Of a stretch of DNA of 62,532 nucleotides, positions 10,792 to 20,044 are shown one piece after another. The notes below the pieces were generated by a model. That model did not search any database and was not told where the DNA came from. It worked only from the letters and a program-made list of their open reading frames with translations. Numbering within the stretch: the stretch's first letter is position 1; every line of letters starts with the position of its first letter. The DNA lies in assembly GCA_031277345.1 (NCBI GenBank), contig JAITMO010000067.1, positions 1-62,532 on the forward strand, in the 5' to 3' direction. Made by a program: the position numbers and the translations under genes. The DNA comes from Candidatus Bathycorpusculum soli. GTDB taxonomy: Archaea; Thermoproteota; Bathyarchaeia; Bathyarchaeales; Bathycorpusculaceae.

Positions 10792-12072
10792 TTAGATTAA
10801 TAGGTGTAGTAAAAGCATTAGCGATGTTGCTGTTGTTATCGGAATTAAAATGTTATCGTTTATTGGTAATGGCAGATATTCTACGAACATGGCTATTGTT
10901 GCTCCAATCACAGCAATCCAGGGGACAATAAATAAACTACCTGCTAAGAAGGCAAACGTGAAACCTACTAGTGACCCTTCTAATGTTTTACCTTTGTTAA
11001 ATGGTAATCTAATGCCTATAGTACCTCCAAAAATTGAAGCTGCGCTATCACCTAATGTGAACATGGTTATTGCTGCGGTTATTACTCGAAAACTTTCCGG
11101 ATCTGGAAAAGGAATTAGTAGTAGTAACGCTAATAGAATTCCTATAGCATAGAAAAGTGGTGCAGCTGCAAAACCGTAAAGTTCAGATGGTGATGCAGCA
11201 CGACGTGTTATCGTTGAGATAACTGGTATATTTTTACCGTTTAATCGTGCAATTTCTGATGCAAAATAGATGATTGATATTGCACTAATGAGAATAATTA
11301 TTGGTATAACGCTACCAATCACATGGGCTAATATAGGAGTAAAAATGCCTGCTGCATGAATGTTTTCTCTAACAAGATCATTAACTGAGGGCAAAGACCG
11401 TTTATCTTTGTTATTGTCTAAGATTGGTAAAATATTTGAAAGACTGCCTGTGATGACATGTTCTGATTTTATTCTGATGATAACATTAGGGTTGTAACCA
11501 ATTTTTTTTGTTTCTTTAATATACAAACAACGTGCACTTCGATCTCTGGCAACTACTACACAATCACGTAAAGTCAGATTTTCTTTAGTTAGTATTTGTT
11601 GTACAATCTTTATTTTACCATTATCTTCTATGACCTCTCCACTGATTTCTCCTGTTATCTCTTTTGCAGTATTAACTTGTACATTAATACCATATGCATA
11701 GTCTGCACCTAAACTGTTTGCAAACCACTCAACAAGATCTTTAGGTAAACTGGAGCTAATTAGAACTATTTGGCATTTTCTGTTTTCGCTTTTTATTTGT
11801 GCAAAAAAATCCTGTAATCTATGTGTGGTAGAGATTTGTTCAAAAACACGTTGTAGTATTTCTATTTTTTGTCCTTTTATTTTTTCAAAAATCCGTTTAA
11901 GAGACGTATCAAGCGAGTAAATACCTACTTCATAAAGTAACCGATATAATAAAATTTGTGTTAAAGTGAAAAAACCCATTACTCTTCCCAATTGGAAAAA
12001 GAACATGTTTCTAGGAATTAACACTCCTTCAACATCGAAAACGACGAGTCGCGACTTCTCTTTATTTTCCAT
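10792..12072 (-). CDS. HAD (SerB-like) domain fused to a dolichol/phytol kinase (SEC59/DGK1/VTE5) domain
   Basis: N-terminal VVFDVEGVL HAD motif I. C-terminal membrane domain with RENIH, GDSAASIFG, KGKTLEGS and DNILIP motifs. Confidence 0.85.
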   Translation of the reverse strand: MENKEKSRLVVFDVEGVLIPRNMFFFQLGRVMGFFTLTQILLYRLLYEVGIYSLDTSLKRIFEKIKGQKIEILQRVFEQISTTHRLQDFFAQIKSENRKCQIVLISSSLPKDLVEWFANSLGADYAYGINVQVNTAKEITGEISGEVIEDNGKIKIVQQILTKENLTLRDCVVVARDRSARCLYIKETKKIGYNPNVIIRIKSEHVITGSLSNILPILDNNKDKRSLPSVNDLVRENIHAAGIFTPILAHVIGSVIPIIILISAISIIYFASEIARLNGKNIPVISTITRRAASPSELYGFAAAPLFYAIGILLALLLLIPFPDPESFRVITAAITMFTLGDSAASIFGGTIGIRLPFNKGKTLEGSLVGFTFAFLAGSLFIVPWIAVIGATIAMFVEYLPLPINDNILIPITTATSLMLLLHLLI

Positions 12073-12280
12073 CTATCTTCCAACTGCACTTATTTAGGTT
12101 AAAAGATGGTTGCTACAAACCATAGTAACTGTTGTTGTTTCGCTACAAATATGCTTTCCTGCTTTTGGTCTTAAATGCTTCATTGTTTTATTCTATTCTA
12201 ATTGTTAACTATACTATAAGGTTGGTTTGAGTGTTGGGAAAGATTATTTTATAAGTTGACAGTCTTTAACATTTGCGAAA

Positions 12281-13564
12281 GTGTTCATTTTGAGGTTTGA
12301 TAAGCAACAGATACTCATCCTGATTTGCATGTTTAGTGCGGCTTTTGTACTTCGTGTTTTGTTGTTTTCTCTTCAGGGCCATCAAAATGATTTGGATACC
12401 TTTGCTTATTGGTTTAACACTGCAGCTGCTTCTGGTCCAAGCTCTTTTTATAATACTGTAGGTTGGTGCGATTATCCACCATTTAACATTTATTTGTTCT
12501 GGGGATTTGGTTCATTGGTTCAAGTATTAAACTTGTTTGGTTCTTCGATTGTTTACATTATAAAGTTGGTTCCAAATATTTTCGATATGCTTATTGCCGG
12601 AGTAATTTATTTTTTTGTTCAAAAATCGCTAGGCTTTAAACTAGGTGCTTTAGCTGCGGCGTTTTATCTTTTTAATCCTGCAGTAATATTTAATGCTGCT
12701 ATTTGGGGTCAATTTGATGCTATTTACACTTTGTTTCTATTGGTGTCTTTGATTCTTATGTTGAAGGGTAAGCCTGAGTTGTCTGCCCTAAGTTTTGCTG
12801 TTAGCATTTTGACTAAGCCTCAAGCGATAGCGTTATTGCCTCTGTTTGTGTTTATAGTTTTTAAGAAAAATGGTGTTAGACGTTTTCTGTCTTCTGCTGC
12901 TATTTTTATTGCAACTATTTTTGCTGTTATTTTACCTATGCAATGGAATAATCCTGTAACTTTTTTTTATGATATCTATTTTGGAGCCTATGGCGGATAT
13001 GAATATACTTCTGTTAACGCTTTTAATTTATGGGGTTTATCTGGTTTATGGGTGCCTGATGGTAACTTGTTTATCGTAGGTTGGGTCTTATTTGCTATTT
13101 TTTCGGTTTTCACTTTATATGTTCTGTATAAACGATGGAATAAATCTAATCAGACGATGTTGTTGATATTTTTTGCAGCATTTATGTTCTGTTTTGCGTT
13201 TTTCATGTTACCAACACGCATTCACGAGCGCTACTTGTTTCCAGCTATTAGCTTTTTGGCTTTAATGTTTCCCTTTGCTAAAAAAACTCGACTATTTTAT
13301 GCCGTTATCACAGCAACTTTCTTGACAAATATCGCCTATATCTTGCATTGGTTTAATCTGTACCTTACGGAAGGTTACCACAATGCTCCTAATCTCTCAG
13401 GAGACCCTATAGTTGTAGTTGTTAGTATAATCAATGTGATTATGTTTTTATACGGTCTAACGCTATTGTGGCATGAGCTTAAAGGAACAACAGTGTTTAA
13501 ACTTGAACCATTAACTATAACTGGTAATAAACAGAAAAAAGGTGTAGCATCTAATGAAACTTAA
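12281..13564 (+). CDS. GT-C fold polyprenol-phosphate-sugar glycosyltransferase (PIG-M/GT87-like)
   Basis: Multi-TM; DYPP, FNPAVIFNAAIWGQFD, KPQ, SVNAFNLW, HERY motifs. Confidence 0.85.
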   Translation: MFILRFDKQQILILICMFSAAFVLRVLLFSLQGHQNDLDTFAYWFNTAAASGPSSFYNTVGWCDYPPFNIYLFWGFGSLVQVLNLFGSSIVYIIKLVPNIFDMLIAGVIYFFVQKSLGFKLGALAAAFYLFNPAVIFNAAIWGQFDAIYTLFLLVSLILMLKGKPELSALSFAVSILTKPQAIALLPLFVFIVFKKNGVRRFLSSAAIFIATIFAVILPMQWNNPVTFFYDIYFGAYGGYEYTSVNAFNLWGLSGLWVPDGNLFIVGWVLFAIFSVFTLYVLYKRWNKSNQTMLLIFFAAFMFCFAFFMLPTRIHERYLFPAISFLALMFPFAKKTRLFYAVITATFLTNIAYILHWFNLYLTEGYHNAPNLSGDPIVVVVSIINVIMFLYGLTLLWHELKGTTVFKLEPLTITGNKQKKGVASNET

Positions 13565-15323
13565 TTTTGACTTAAATATAGATAAAAAAGCTTTCATCAC
13601 TATGCTTTTGTTATCTTTAATCTTTTTTTCTGTTGCTATAACAAATTTAGGTGCAACACAAATACCTACCAATAGTCTAAAAATAGACTCTACATCTACT
13701 ACTGGTGCTACACAAGAGATAACCATTGTTCTTAAAGAACCCGTATTTGTTAGCCAGATTTATTTTTATATAAAAGACTGTCAAACTGAAAATAGTACAA
13801 TAAAAATTTACACTGACCCATCTAGCGAATGGTATAACTTTAGTGAACTCGTAGTCGATTACCCATTTGCTTACATGAGTTGGAATTCTGTAGACATTTA
13901 CCAATTAATCCAATCTATCCGCTTGGAATTTTTATCACCAATAAATATTGAAATCAGCGAAGTTGCTCTCCTTGACCAAGATAACCAAATAATCACTACT
14001 ACTATATCCTCTATCACCGGTGAAAACAGTGCAAATTTAGATTTCAATTTGTTAATTGACGAACAAGACATTGTCGTGTTGCCTAATACGTACATGTTTG
14101 ATACAATGTTTGATGAAGTATACTTTACTAGAACAGCTGATCAGTATTTACGCTCACAGTGGCCCTATGAATGGACGCATCCACCTCTAGGCAAATTAAT
14201 TATTTCAGTTGGTATTGCTACTTTTGGATTAAATCCATTTGGTTGGCGTATAATGGGTGTAATTTTTGGAACTCTATTAGTACCTATAATTTTTTTGTTA
14301 GGTAAAAAAATGTTTAACTCATACATTGGTGGTTTTTCAGCAGCTTTCTTATTTACTTTTGATTTTATGCATTTTACTGAGGCCCGTTTAGGTATTACTG
14401 ATACTTATGTTATATTTTTCTCGTTACTCTCTCACTTGTTCTTCTTTATCTACCTAAATAGTGTATTAAAGAAAGGTTGGAAGAATGCAAGCGTTGTGCC
14501 ATTACTGTTTTCCTTTGTGTTTTTTGCTTTTGGCTTTTCTACTAAATGGCTAGTTCTTTTTGGATTTTTAGGAGAATTGGCCTTTTTAGCTATAATGCGA
14601 ATTTCAGATGTTGTGAAAAATAAACGTGATTCATTGTCACGATTCTACGCTCTTTTTGATCGACCATATATTTATGTGGTGGCTTTCGCAGCTATAGCTG
14701 TAAGTGTTTATTTTGCAATTTACATTCCTGACATGCTTGCTGGGCGATCGTTAACAAATGTTATTGATCTTCAAAATGCTATGTATTCTTATCATGCTGC
14801 TCCTATAGGTCTTGACCATCCATACTCTTCTTCTGGATATAGCTGGCCAGTAATTGGTCGACCTGTTTGGCTTTATGTTAATTCTTTACCGGGTGATATG
14901 CGTTCAACAGTTAGTTTGTTTGGTAATCCTGCTGTTTGGTGGACTGGTTTTATTGCAATTATATCTATAACAGTATTTGCTATTTCTAAAGCGGTGTATG
15001 ATCTTAAAAAACGTGTGCTGCCTAAACTTGAGCTTTCTGCAGCGTTTCTTGTTATAGTGTTCTTTGCACAATGGTTACCTTACGCTTTTGTAAGTCGAGG
15101 TCTATTTCTTTATCATTATTACGTTAATGTGCCAATTATTTGTCTTGGCTCTGCGTATTTTATTAGTAAATATTGGAAATATAACTGGGTAAAGCTTGTT
15201 ACGTTAGTCTACTTCATAGCGGTAATTGCACTATTTGTACTCTTTTATCCAGTGATTTCAGGTACTCCAACATCAATTGTAACAACTGAAAACTTGAGGT
15301 GGTTTGATCAATGGGTATTTTAA
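13554..15323 (+). CDS. Dolichyl-phosphate-mannose:protein O-mannosyltransferase-like (PMT/GT39)
   Basis: FDEVYF..EWTHPPLGKLII, FGWR, and C-terminal HPYSS..SWP..RP, GNP..WW, FLYHY (PMT_4TMC). Confidence 0.9.
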   Translation: MKLNFDLNIDKKAFITMLLLSLIFFSVAITNLGATQIPTNSLKIDSTSTTGATQEITIVLKEPVFVSQIYFYIKDCQTENSTIKIYTDPSSEWYNFSELVVDYPFAYMSWNSVDIYQLIQSIRLEFLSPINIEISEVALLDQDNQIITTTISSITGENSANLDFNLLIDEQDIVVLPNTYMFDTMFDEVYFTRTADQYLRSQWPYEWTHPPLGKLIISVGIATFGLNPFGWRIMGVIFGTLLVPIIFLLGKKMFNSYIGGFSAAFLFTFDFMHFTEARLGITDTYVIFFSLLSHLFFFIYLNSVLKKGWKNASVVPLLFSFVFFAFGFSTKWLVLFGFLGELAFLAIMRISDVVKNKRDSLSRFYALFDRPYIYVVAFAAIAVSVYFAIYIPDMLAGRSLTNVIDLQNAMYSYHAAPIGLDHPYSSSGYSWPVIGRPVWLYVNSLPGDMRSTVSLFGNPAVWWTGFIAIISITVFAISKAVYDLKKRVLPKLELSAAFLVIVFFAQWLPYAFVSRGLFLYHYYVNVPIICLGSAYFISKYWKYNWVKLVTLVYFIAVIALFVLFYPVISGTPTSIVTTENLRWFDQWVF

Positions 15324-16054
15324 AGACACAAACATTAAACAGAAAAACGCAGCTAGACCTCACAGTTGTACTCCCAGCTATAAACGAAGCTGACATAATC
15401 GAACAAGCTGTTTTAAAAATCGATCAAGTGCTCAAAACTTTTGGCTATACCTATGAAATAATAATTGCTGAGGATGGTAGCACTGATGGTACTGATAAAA
15501 AAGCTGCTAAATTAGCCAAAAAACTGTTATATATTCGTCATTTACACAACGACCAACGGTTTGGGCGTGGCAAAGCATTAGATAACTCTTTTAGACAATC
15601 AAACGGCAAGGTCTTAATTTATATGGACGTAGATTTAGCTACAGACCTAAAACATTTAACCCAATTAATTAACGCCATTTTTATAGACGGCTACTTTTTT
15701 GCCACTGGATCACGAATGCTCTCTAACAGTAATGTTAAACGCACCTCTACTCGTATTTTTGCCTCTAAAACTTTTAATTTTATGGTCCGCATGTTCTTGT
15801 ATTCAAAAGTTAAAGACCATCAATGTGGGTTTAAAGCATTCGAACGAAATGCATTATTACCCTTGCTTGATGAAGTTCATGCAACTCATTGGTTTTGGGA
15901 CACAGAAATTCTCGTTCGTGCACAACATAAAGGTTATAAAATTAAAGAAATTCCTGTCAGCTGGGCAGGTGTTCGTGAAACTAAAGTACATCTCTTTAGA
16001 GACTCTGTTGCTATGGGCTGGCAAATTTTTATCCTGTGGTTGCATTTACACTAA
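15311..16054 (+). CDS. GT2 dolichol-phosphate mannosyl/glucosyltransferase (DPM1/AglD-like)
   Basis: VVLPAINE, EDGSTDGT, GRGKAL, YMDVDL, DHQCGFKAF, WFWDTEIL. Confidence 0.92.
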   Translation: MGILKTQTLNRKTQLDLTVVLPAINEADIIEQAVLKIDQVLKTFGYTYEIIIAEDGSTDGTDKKAAKLAKKLLYIRHLHNDQRFGRGKALDNSFRQSNGKVLIYMDVDLATDLKHLTQLINAIFIDGYFFATGSRMLSNSNVKRTSTRIFASKTFNFMVRMFLYSKVKDHQCGFKAFERNALLPLLDEVHATHWFWDTEILVRAQHKGYKIKEIPVSWAGVRETKVHLFRDSVAMGWQIFILWLHLH

Positions 16055-16148
16055 GTGCCAAGCTTGATGTTTTATTTTGTTTTTTTTAAATTGTTTTTTG
16101 TTGGTTTTGTAAGAAGCATTAAATTCAAGTTGTTAGATTGCTTTAATA

Positions 16149-16481
16149 GTGAAGATTATGTTTCGTGCAAGAGTTAATAAAATTGAATCAACCCGTGATG
16201 TAGATGGTAATCTGGGCAAACGAATTGAGCTTCTTGAAGAGCGAGAATTTAGTCCCTACGTTCTAAGGCCTCAGTCTGATGAAGCAAAAATGGCTCAAGA
16301 TATAATGCAAGCTCTACAACAACAAATGCCCTTCTTACCTCAACGCCAACAGATGTCTACACCTAAATTCATCCTGTTTTTAACAGAGCAAGAATATGAT
16401 AGTTTAGGCATAATTTTTGACGTTAATCAGGTTTATGAAGTAGTGCTGGAAAATCAGACTATTCGCTTCCAAAAAGTATAG
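16149..16481 (+). CDS. Arcadin-1 homologue
   Basis: KRIELLEEREF...Q-rich helix...PKFILFLTEQEY...YEVVLENQTIRF matches my recollection of Pyrobaculum arcadin-1 (KIDVVEEKEL...PRITLWLTEEE); 110 aa. Confidence 0.75.
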   Translation: MKIMFRARVNKIESTRDVDGNLGKRIELLEEREFSPYVLRPQSDEAKMAQDIMQALQQQMPFLPQRQQMSTPKFILFLTEQEYDSLGIIFDVNQVYEVVLENQTIRFQKV

Positions 16482-16644
16482 CTTTCATCCACCTGTTCAA
16501 GGTGATGTAGGAGCGTAACAAAAACGTAACGTCTCTTGCATGTGTGGGTTGGTTCTTTTATTAGTTACTTTTTCTTTGTTTTGTTGAAGGGACAATGTTG
16601 TTTTGGCAAATGTGTTAAATAGTTTGAAAAATAGTTTTCTTATT

Positions 16645-16920
16645 ATGCCAAATGTTCGTGTTCATGTGTATGTAACAGGTAAAGTTCAGGGTGTTTTTTT
16701 TAGGCAAAATGTTAGACGGCAAGCTCTGTGTCGTGACGTTTGTGGTTGGGTTTGTAATTTGTCTGATGGTCGTGTTGAGGCTGTTTTTGAGGGTGAGAAA
16801 GAGTTTGTTAAGGAGGTTGTGGATTTTTGTAGGTGTGGGCCTTCGTTTGCTGAGGTTGAGCGTGTTGAAGTGTTTTTTGAGGATTTTGTGGGTGATTTTT
16901 TGGATTTTCGTGTTGTCTAG
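16645..16920 (+). CDS. acyP: Acylphosphatase
   Basis: VTGKVQGVFFR, GWVCNLSDGRVEAVFEG. Confidence 0.95.
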   Translation: MPNVRVHVYVTGKVQGVFFRQNVRRQALCRDVCGWVCNLSDGRVEAVFEGEKEFVKEVVDFCRCGPSFAEVERVEVFFEDFVGDFLDFRVV

Positions 16921-17363
16921 TTTGGGTTTTTCTTTTTTGGTACTCGGAAGTGGCTGTCTTTTCCTGCGCTGATGTACTCTCCGCTCATTCCGCGTACGGT
17001 TGAGGCGATTTTAGCAAAGTTGTCGCTGCCTAGGAATTGTTTGGGTTTGATTGTTATGTAGTCGTTTTTATCTTCAAAAAATAGCTTTGCTTCTAGATCT
17101 TCGGGGAAAGACATACGAATGTCGTCAAGTGTGCGTAGCTTTGTTTCTATTTGGTTGTTGTTGGTTGTTGTTGTGGTGATTGGTTTGGTTGTTGTTGGTT
17201 GTTGTGGTGGTGGTGTTGTTGTGGTGGGTTGGTTGTGTTCTATGGTTATGAGTTTTATGGTGGCTGAGATTGATCGTAGTTCTTCGGTTATTTTGTTTAT
17301 AGTTATTAAGAGTTCATCGACTCTTGTGGCTATTTGGTTGAGTTTTTCTTTGTCTTTAGTCAT
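16917..17363 (-). CDS. Hypothetical protein: coiled coil, P/T/Q linker, small C-terminal domain
   Basis: Clear three-part architecture; C-terminus IKPKQFLGSDNFAKIA...GEYISAGKDSHFRVP looks folded. Confidence 0.75.
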   Translation of the reverse strand: MTKDKEKLNQIATRVDELLITINKITEELRSISATIKLITIEHNQPTTTTPPPQQPTTTKPITTTTTNNNQIETKLRTLDDIRMSFPEDLEAKLFFEDKNDYITIKPKQFLGSDNFAKIASTVRGMSGEYISAGKDSHFRVPKKKNPN

Positions 17364-17418
17364 GTTGCTTCCTTAATATCTAAAAGTAGCTTGTGTTTAT
17401 TTAATTATTTGTGGTTGA

Positions 17419-18465
17419 ATGTGTTTGATGTTTGAGATTGATGGTGGTCAGAAGAGTGGTAGTGGTACTATTTTGCGTCTGGCTGTGGCGGTTTCGGCTA
17501 TAACGCAGCGTCCTTTGCATTTAGTTAATATTAGATGTAAGCGATCTCAGTCTGGGTTGAAGCGGCAACATCTTGAGTCAGTTTTGGTGGCGGCTAAACT
17601 ATGTAATGGTGTTGTTGAGGGTGCTAAGCTTGGTTCGGAGGAGCTTTGGTTTACTCCTAATTCTGTTGAGGGGGGTTGTGTTGAGGCTGTAATTGAGACT
17701 GCTGGGAGTATTCCTATGCTGTTTTTGGCGGTTCTTCCTATTTGTGTGTATGCTAAGCGTCCTGTGATTTTGCATGTGGCTAAGGGTGGGACTGATACTT
17801 TGTATGCTCCTACTGTTAATTATCTTAGGTTTGTGTTGCTTCCTGTGTTAAGTAAAATGGGTGTTGTTGCTGAGATTAGTGTGCAAAAGTATGGTTATTA
17901 TCCTAAAGGTCTGGGTGAGGCTTCTTTGATTGTGCAGCCTTCTTTGCTTAGGGCAGTTGGGTTTGAGCGTTTTGGTAAGTTTGATAGTGTTAATGGAGTG
18001 TCGGTTTGTACTTTTTTGTCTGATCGCTATGTTGCTAAGCGTCAAGCTGATGCGGCAGTGAATGTTTTAACTAAAGGTGGTTATTCTTCGCGAATTGATG
18101 TTTTGAATGACCAGTCAAATCCGTATCAGAAGGGTAGTTCGATTACGTTATGGGCTAAAACTGATGCGGGTGCTTTTATTGGTGCTGATGCTCTGGGTGG
18201 TCTTAATAAATCTAGTGAGTCTGTAGGTAAAGAAGCTGCTATTAGACTTGTATCTGAATTGAAGGCTGGGTCTACGGTTGATGCGTTTTTAGCTGATATG
18301 CTTATTCCTTATATGGCCTTAGCTTCGGGTAACTCGTTTTTTTACACGCGCTGTTTTTCTGAACATGTTGAAACTAATATTTGGCTTATGAAGACTATGT
18401 TAAACTCTGAGTTTAGTGTTGAAAAAGTAAATAACTCGTTGTATCGAATAGAGAAAGTACGTTGA
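17419..18465 (+). CDS. rtcA: RNA 3'-terminal phosphate cyclase
   Basis: IDGG..GSGTILR, GLKRQH, TAGSI, GGTD, GYYPKG, and the catalytic His in EHVETN. Confidence 0.95.
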   Translation: MCLMFEIDGGQKSGSGTILRLAVAVSAITQRPLHLVNIRCKRSQSGLKRQHLESVLVAAKLCNGVVEGAKLGSEELWFTPNSVEGGCVEAVIETAGSIPMLFLAVLPICVYAKRPVILHVAKGGTDTLYAPTVNYLRFVLLPVLSKMGVVAEISVQKYGYYPKGLGEASLIVQPSLLRAVGFERFGKFDSVNGVSVCTFLSDRYVAKRQADAAVNVLTKGGYSSRIDVLNDQSNPYQKGSSITLWAKTDAGAFIGADALGGLNKSSESVGKEAAIRLVSELKAGSTVDAFLADMLIPYMALASGNSFFYTRCFSEHVETNIWLMKTMLNSEFSVEKVNNSLYRIEKVR

Positions 18466-18471
18466 TTATAC

Positions 18472-19539
18472 ATGCCGGCTACTGTTTGTCTTAAAGTGTC
18501 TAAAGATTTGGGTGAAAAAGTTATTTCTTTAGCACACAAACTTGAGTTAGTGGATAAGACTTTATTTATTGAGCGTCAGGCAGATCAACTTTGGATTCCG
18601 CTTGCAAGATCGCCTAGTGCGGTTGAGTTGTCTCAATTAAGGGCTGTAGCTTCTTCATTGGTGTTAGATGATAAAATTTTTATCGTGAAGCGTCCTGTGA
18701 GGGAAACTTTGTTTGAAGTTCTCAAGCGTGAGTTGCCTTCTGATTTGTGTTTGAGTATTCCTAGGTCTCTTGATATTGTAGGTGATGTGGCGGTAATTGA
18801 AATGCCTCCTGAATTGAGTTTGTATCACGGGGTTATTGGGCAGGCGGTTTTGAGGGTGCATAAGAATATAAAGTGTGTTTATGCGAAGGCGAGTGCGATT
18901 AGTGGGATTTATCGTGTTCGTGATTTAGTTTTTGTTGCTGGCAAGAATAGGGCTCAGACTGTTTATAATGAGTATGGTTGTAAGTATCATGTCGATTTGG
19001 CTAAGGCCTATTTTTCTCCTCGTCTTTCTCAGGAGCATCATAGGGTGGCATCTCTTGTGACTAATGGTGAGGTAGTGGTTGATCTTTTTGCTGGAGTGGG
19101 TCCTTTTGTTGTACCTATTGGTAAATTGTGTTCTAATGCGAGAGTGTATGGGGTAGATATTAATCCTGATGCGGTTGATCTGCTTAAACTTAACGTTCAG
19201 GTAAATAAGGTAACACGTAATGTTTTTCCTTTATTAGGTGATGCGCGAGAGTTGGCTAATGGCTTGTTGCGAGGTGTTGCTGATAGAGTGATTATGAATT
19301 TGCCTGAGACAGCGATTGATTTTATTGATGTGGCATGTCAAACTTTAAAGCCTGTTGGAGGGTTGGTGCATTTTTATGGTTTTGTTCGTAGGCCTGATAC
19401 TATTGAGAATTTGAAAATACGTTTTACTAGAATAGTTGAGCAGCAAGGAAGAGGTGTTGTTGAGTTTGTAGGTGTTAAAAGTGTACGTGAAACTGCGCCT
19501 TATGAGCAACAGGTTGTGTTAGATGTTAAAATTTGTTAA
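18472..19539 (+). CDS. trm5: tRNA G37 methyltransferase, Trm5/Taw22 (Met-10+) family
   Basis: DIVGDVA, AYFSPRL, DLFAGVGPF, DINP, DRVIMNLP. Confidence 0.9.
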   Translation: MPATVCLKVSKDLGEKVISLAHKLELVDKTLFIERQADQLWIPLARSPSAVELSQLRAVASSLVLDDKIFIVKRPVRETLFEVLKRELPSDLCLSIPRSLDIVGDVAVIEMPPELSLYHGVIGQAVLRVHKNIKCVYAKASAISGIYRVRDLVFVAGKNRAQTVYNEYGCKYHVDLAKAYFSPRLSQEHHRVASLVTNGEVVVDLFAGVGPFVVPIGKLCSNARVYGVDINPDAVDLLKLNVQVNKVTRNVFPLLGDARELANGLLRGVADRVIMNLPETAIDFIDVACQTLKPVGGLVHFYGFVRRPDTIENLKIRFTRIVEQQGRGVVEFVGVKSVRETAPYEQQVVLDVKIC

Positions 19540-19605
19540 CTTGTCTATTTGTTAATGTTTTAGGAAAGGGTTTGTTTGCTGTGTGGTTGTAGGCGTGTTT
19601 GTTTG

Positions 19606-20043
19606 TTAGATAAGGGTGAGTGTTATTTTGATTTGTTGGTTTGGTTTTTCAAGTTTTTTGATAAATTCTCGTGGTAGGTCGTTTGCTGCTTTGTCTGCTT
19701 TTATTGCTAGCGTGCGGTCTGATGTAAAGTTGCTTTTTCGTATAACTATATCGTTGTTGTGGTTTAAGTTGAGTTCATTTGACCCGTATGCGGTGATTTG
19801 TTCTATCAAGTTGTCGGCTTCAATTGTTATGTAGAGTTTGGTGTTTGGTTGGCATAGTTTTTGTTTGAATTCTGTGTTTAGGTCTGCTATGGCTTTATCG
19901 GCGTTTATTGCTATGATGCAGTCGCCTTTTTTTGTTAGATTTTTGTCTTTGGTTATCATTAGAGTGTTTTTGTGTGTAGCTAGAATGTTTTCATGTCCGT
20001 AGGCTGTGATTTGTTCTTTTAGCTGTTTTATTGTTGTGGTCAT
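19606..20043 (-). CDS. DUF371 family protein
   Basis: GHENILATH, KGDCIIA, VIRKS..SDRTL, ADKAA. Confidence 0.9.
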   Translation of the reverse strand: MTTTIKQLKEQITAYGHENILATHKNTLMITKDKNLTKKGDCIIAINADKAIADLNTEFKQKLCQPNTKLYITIEADNLIEQITAYGSNELNLNHNNDIVIRKSNFTSDRTLAIKADKAANDLPREFIKKLEKPNQQIKITLTLI

Positions 20044-20044
20044 G

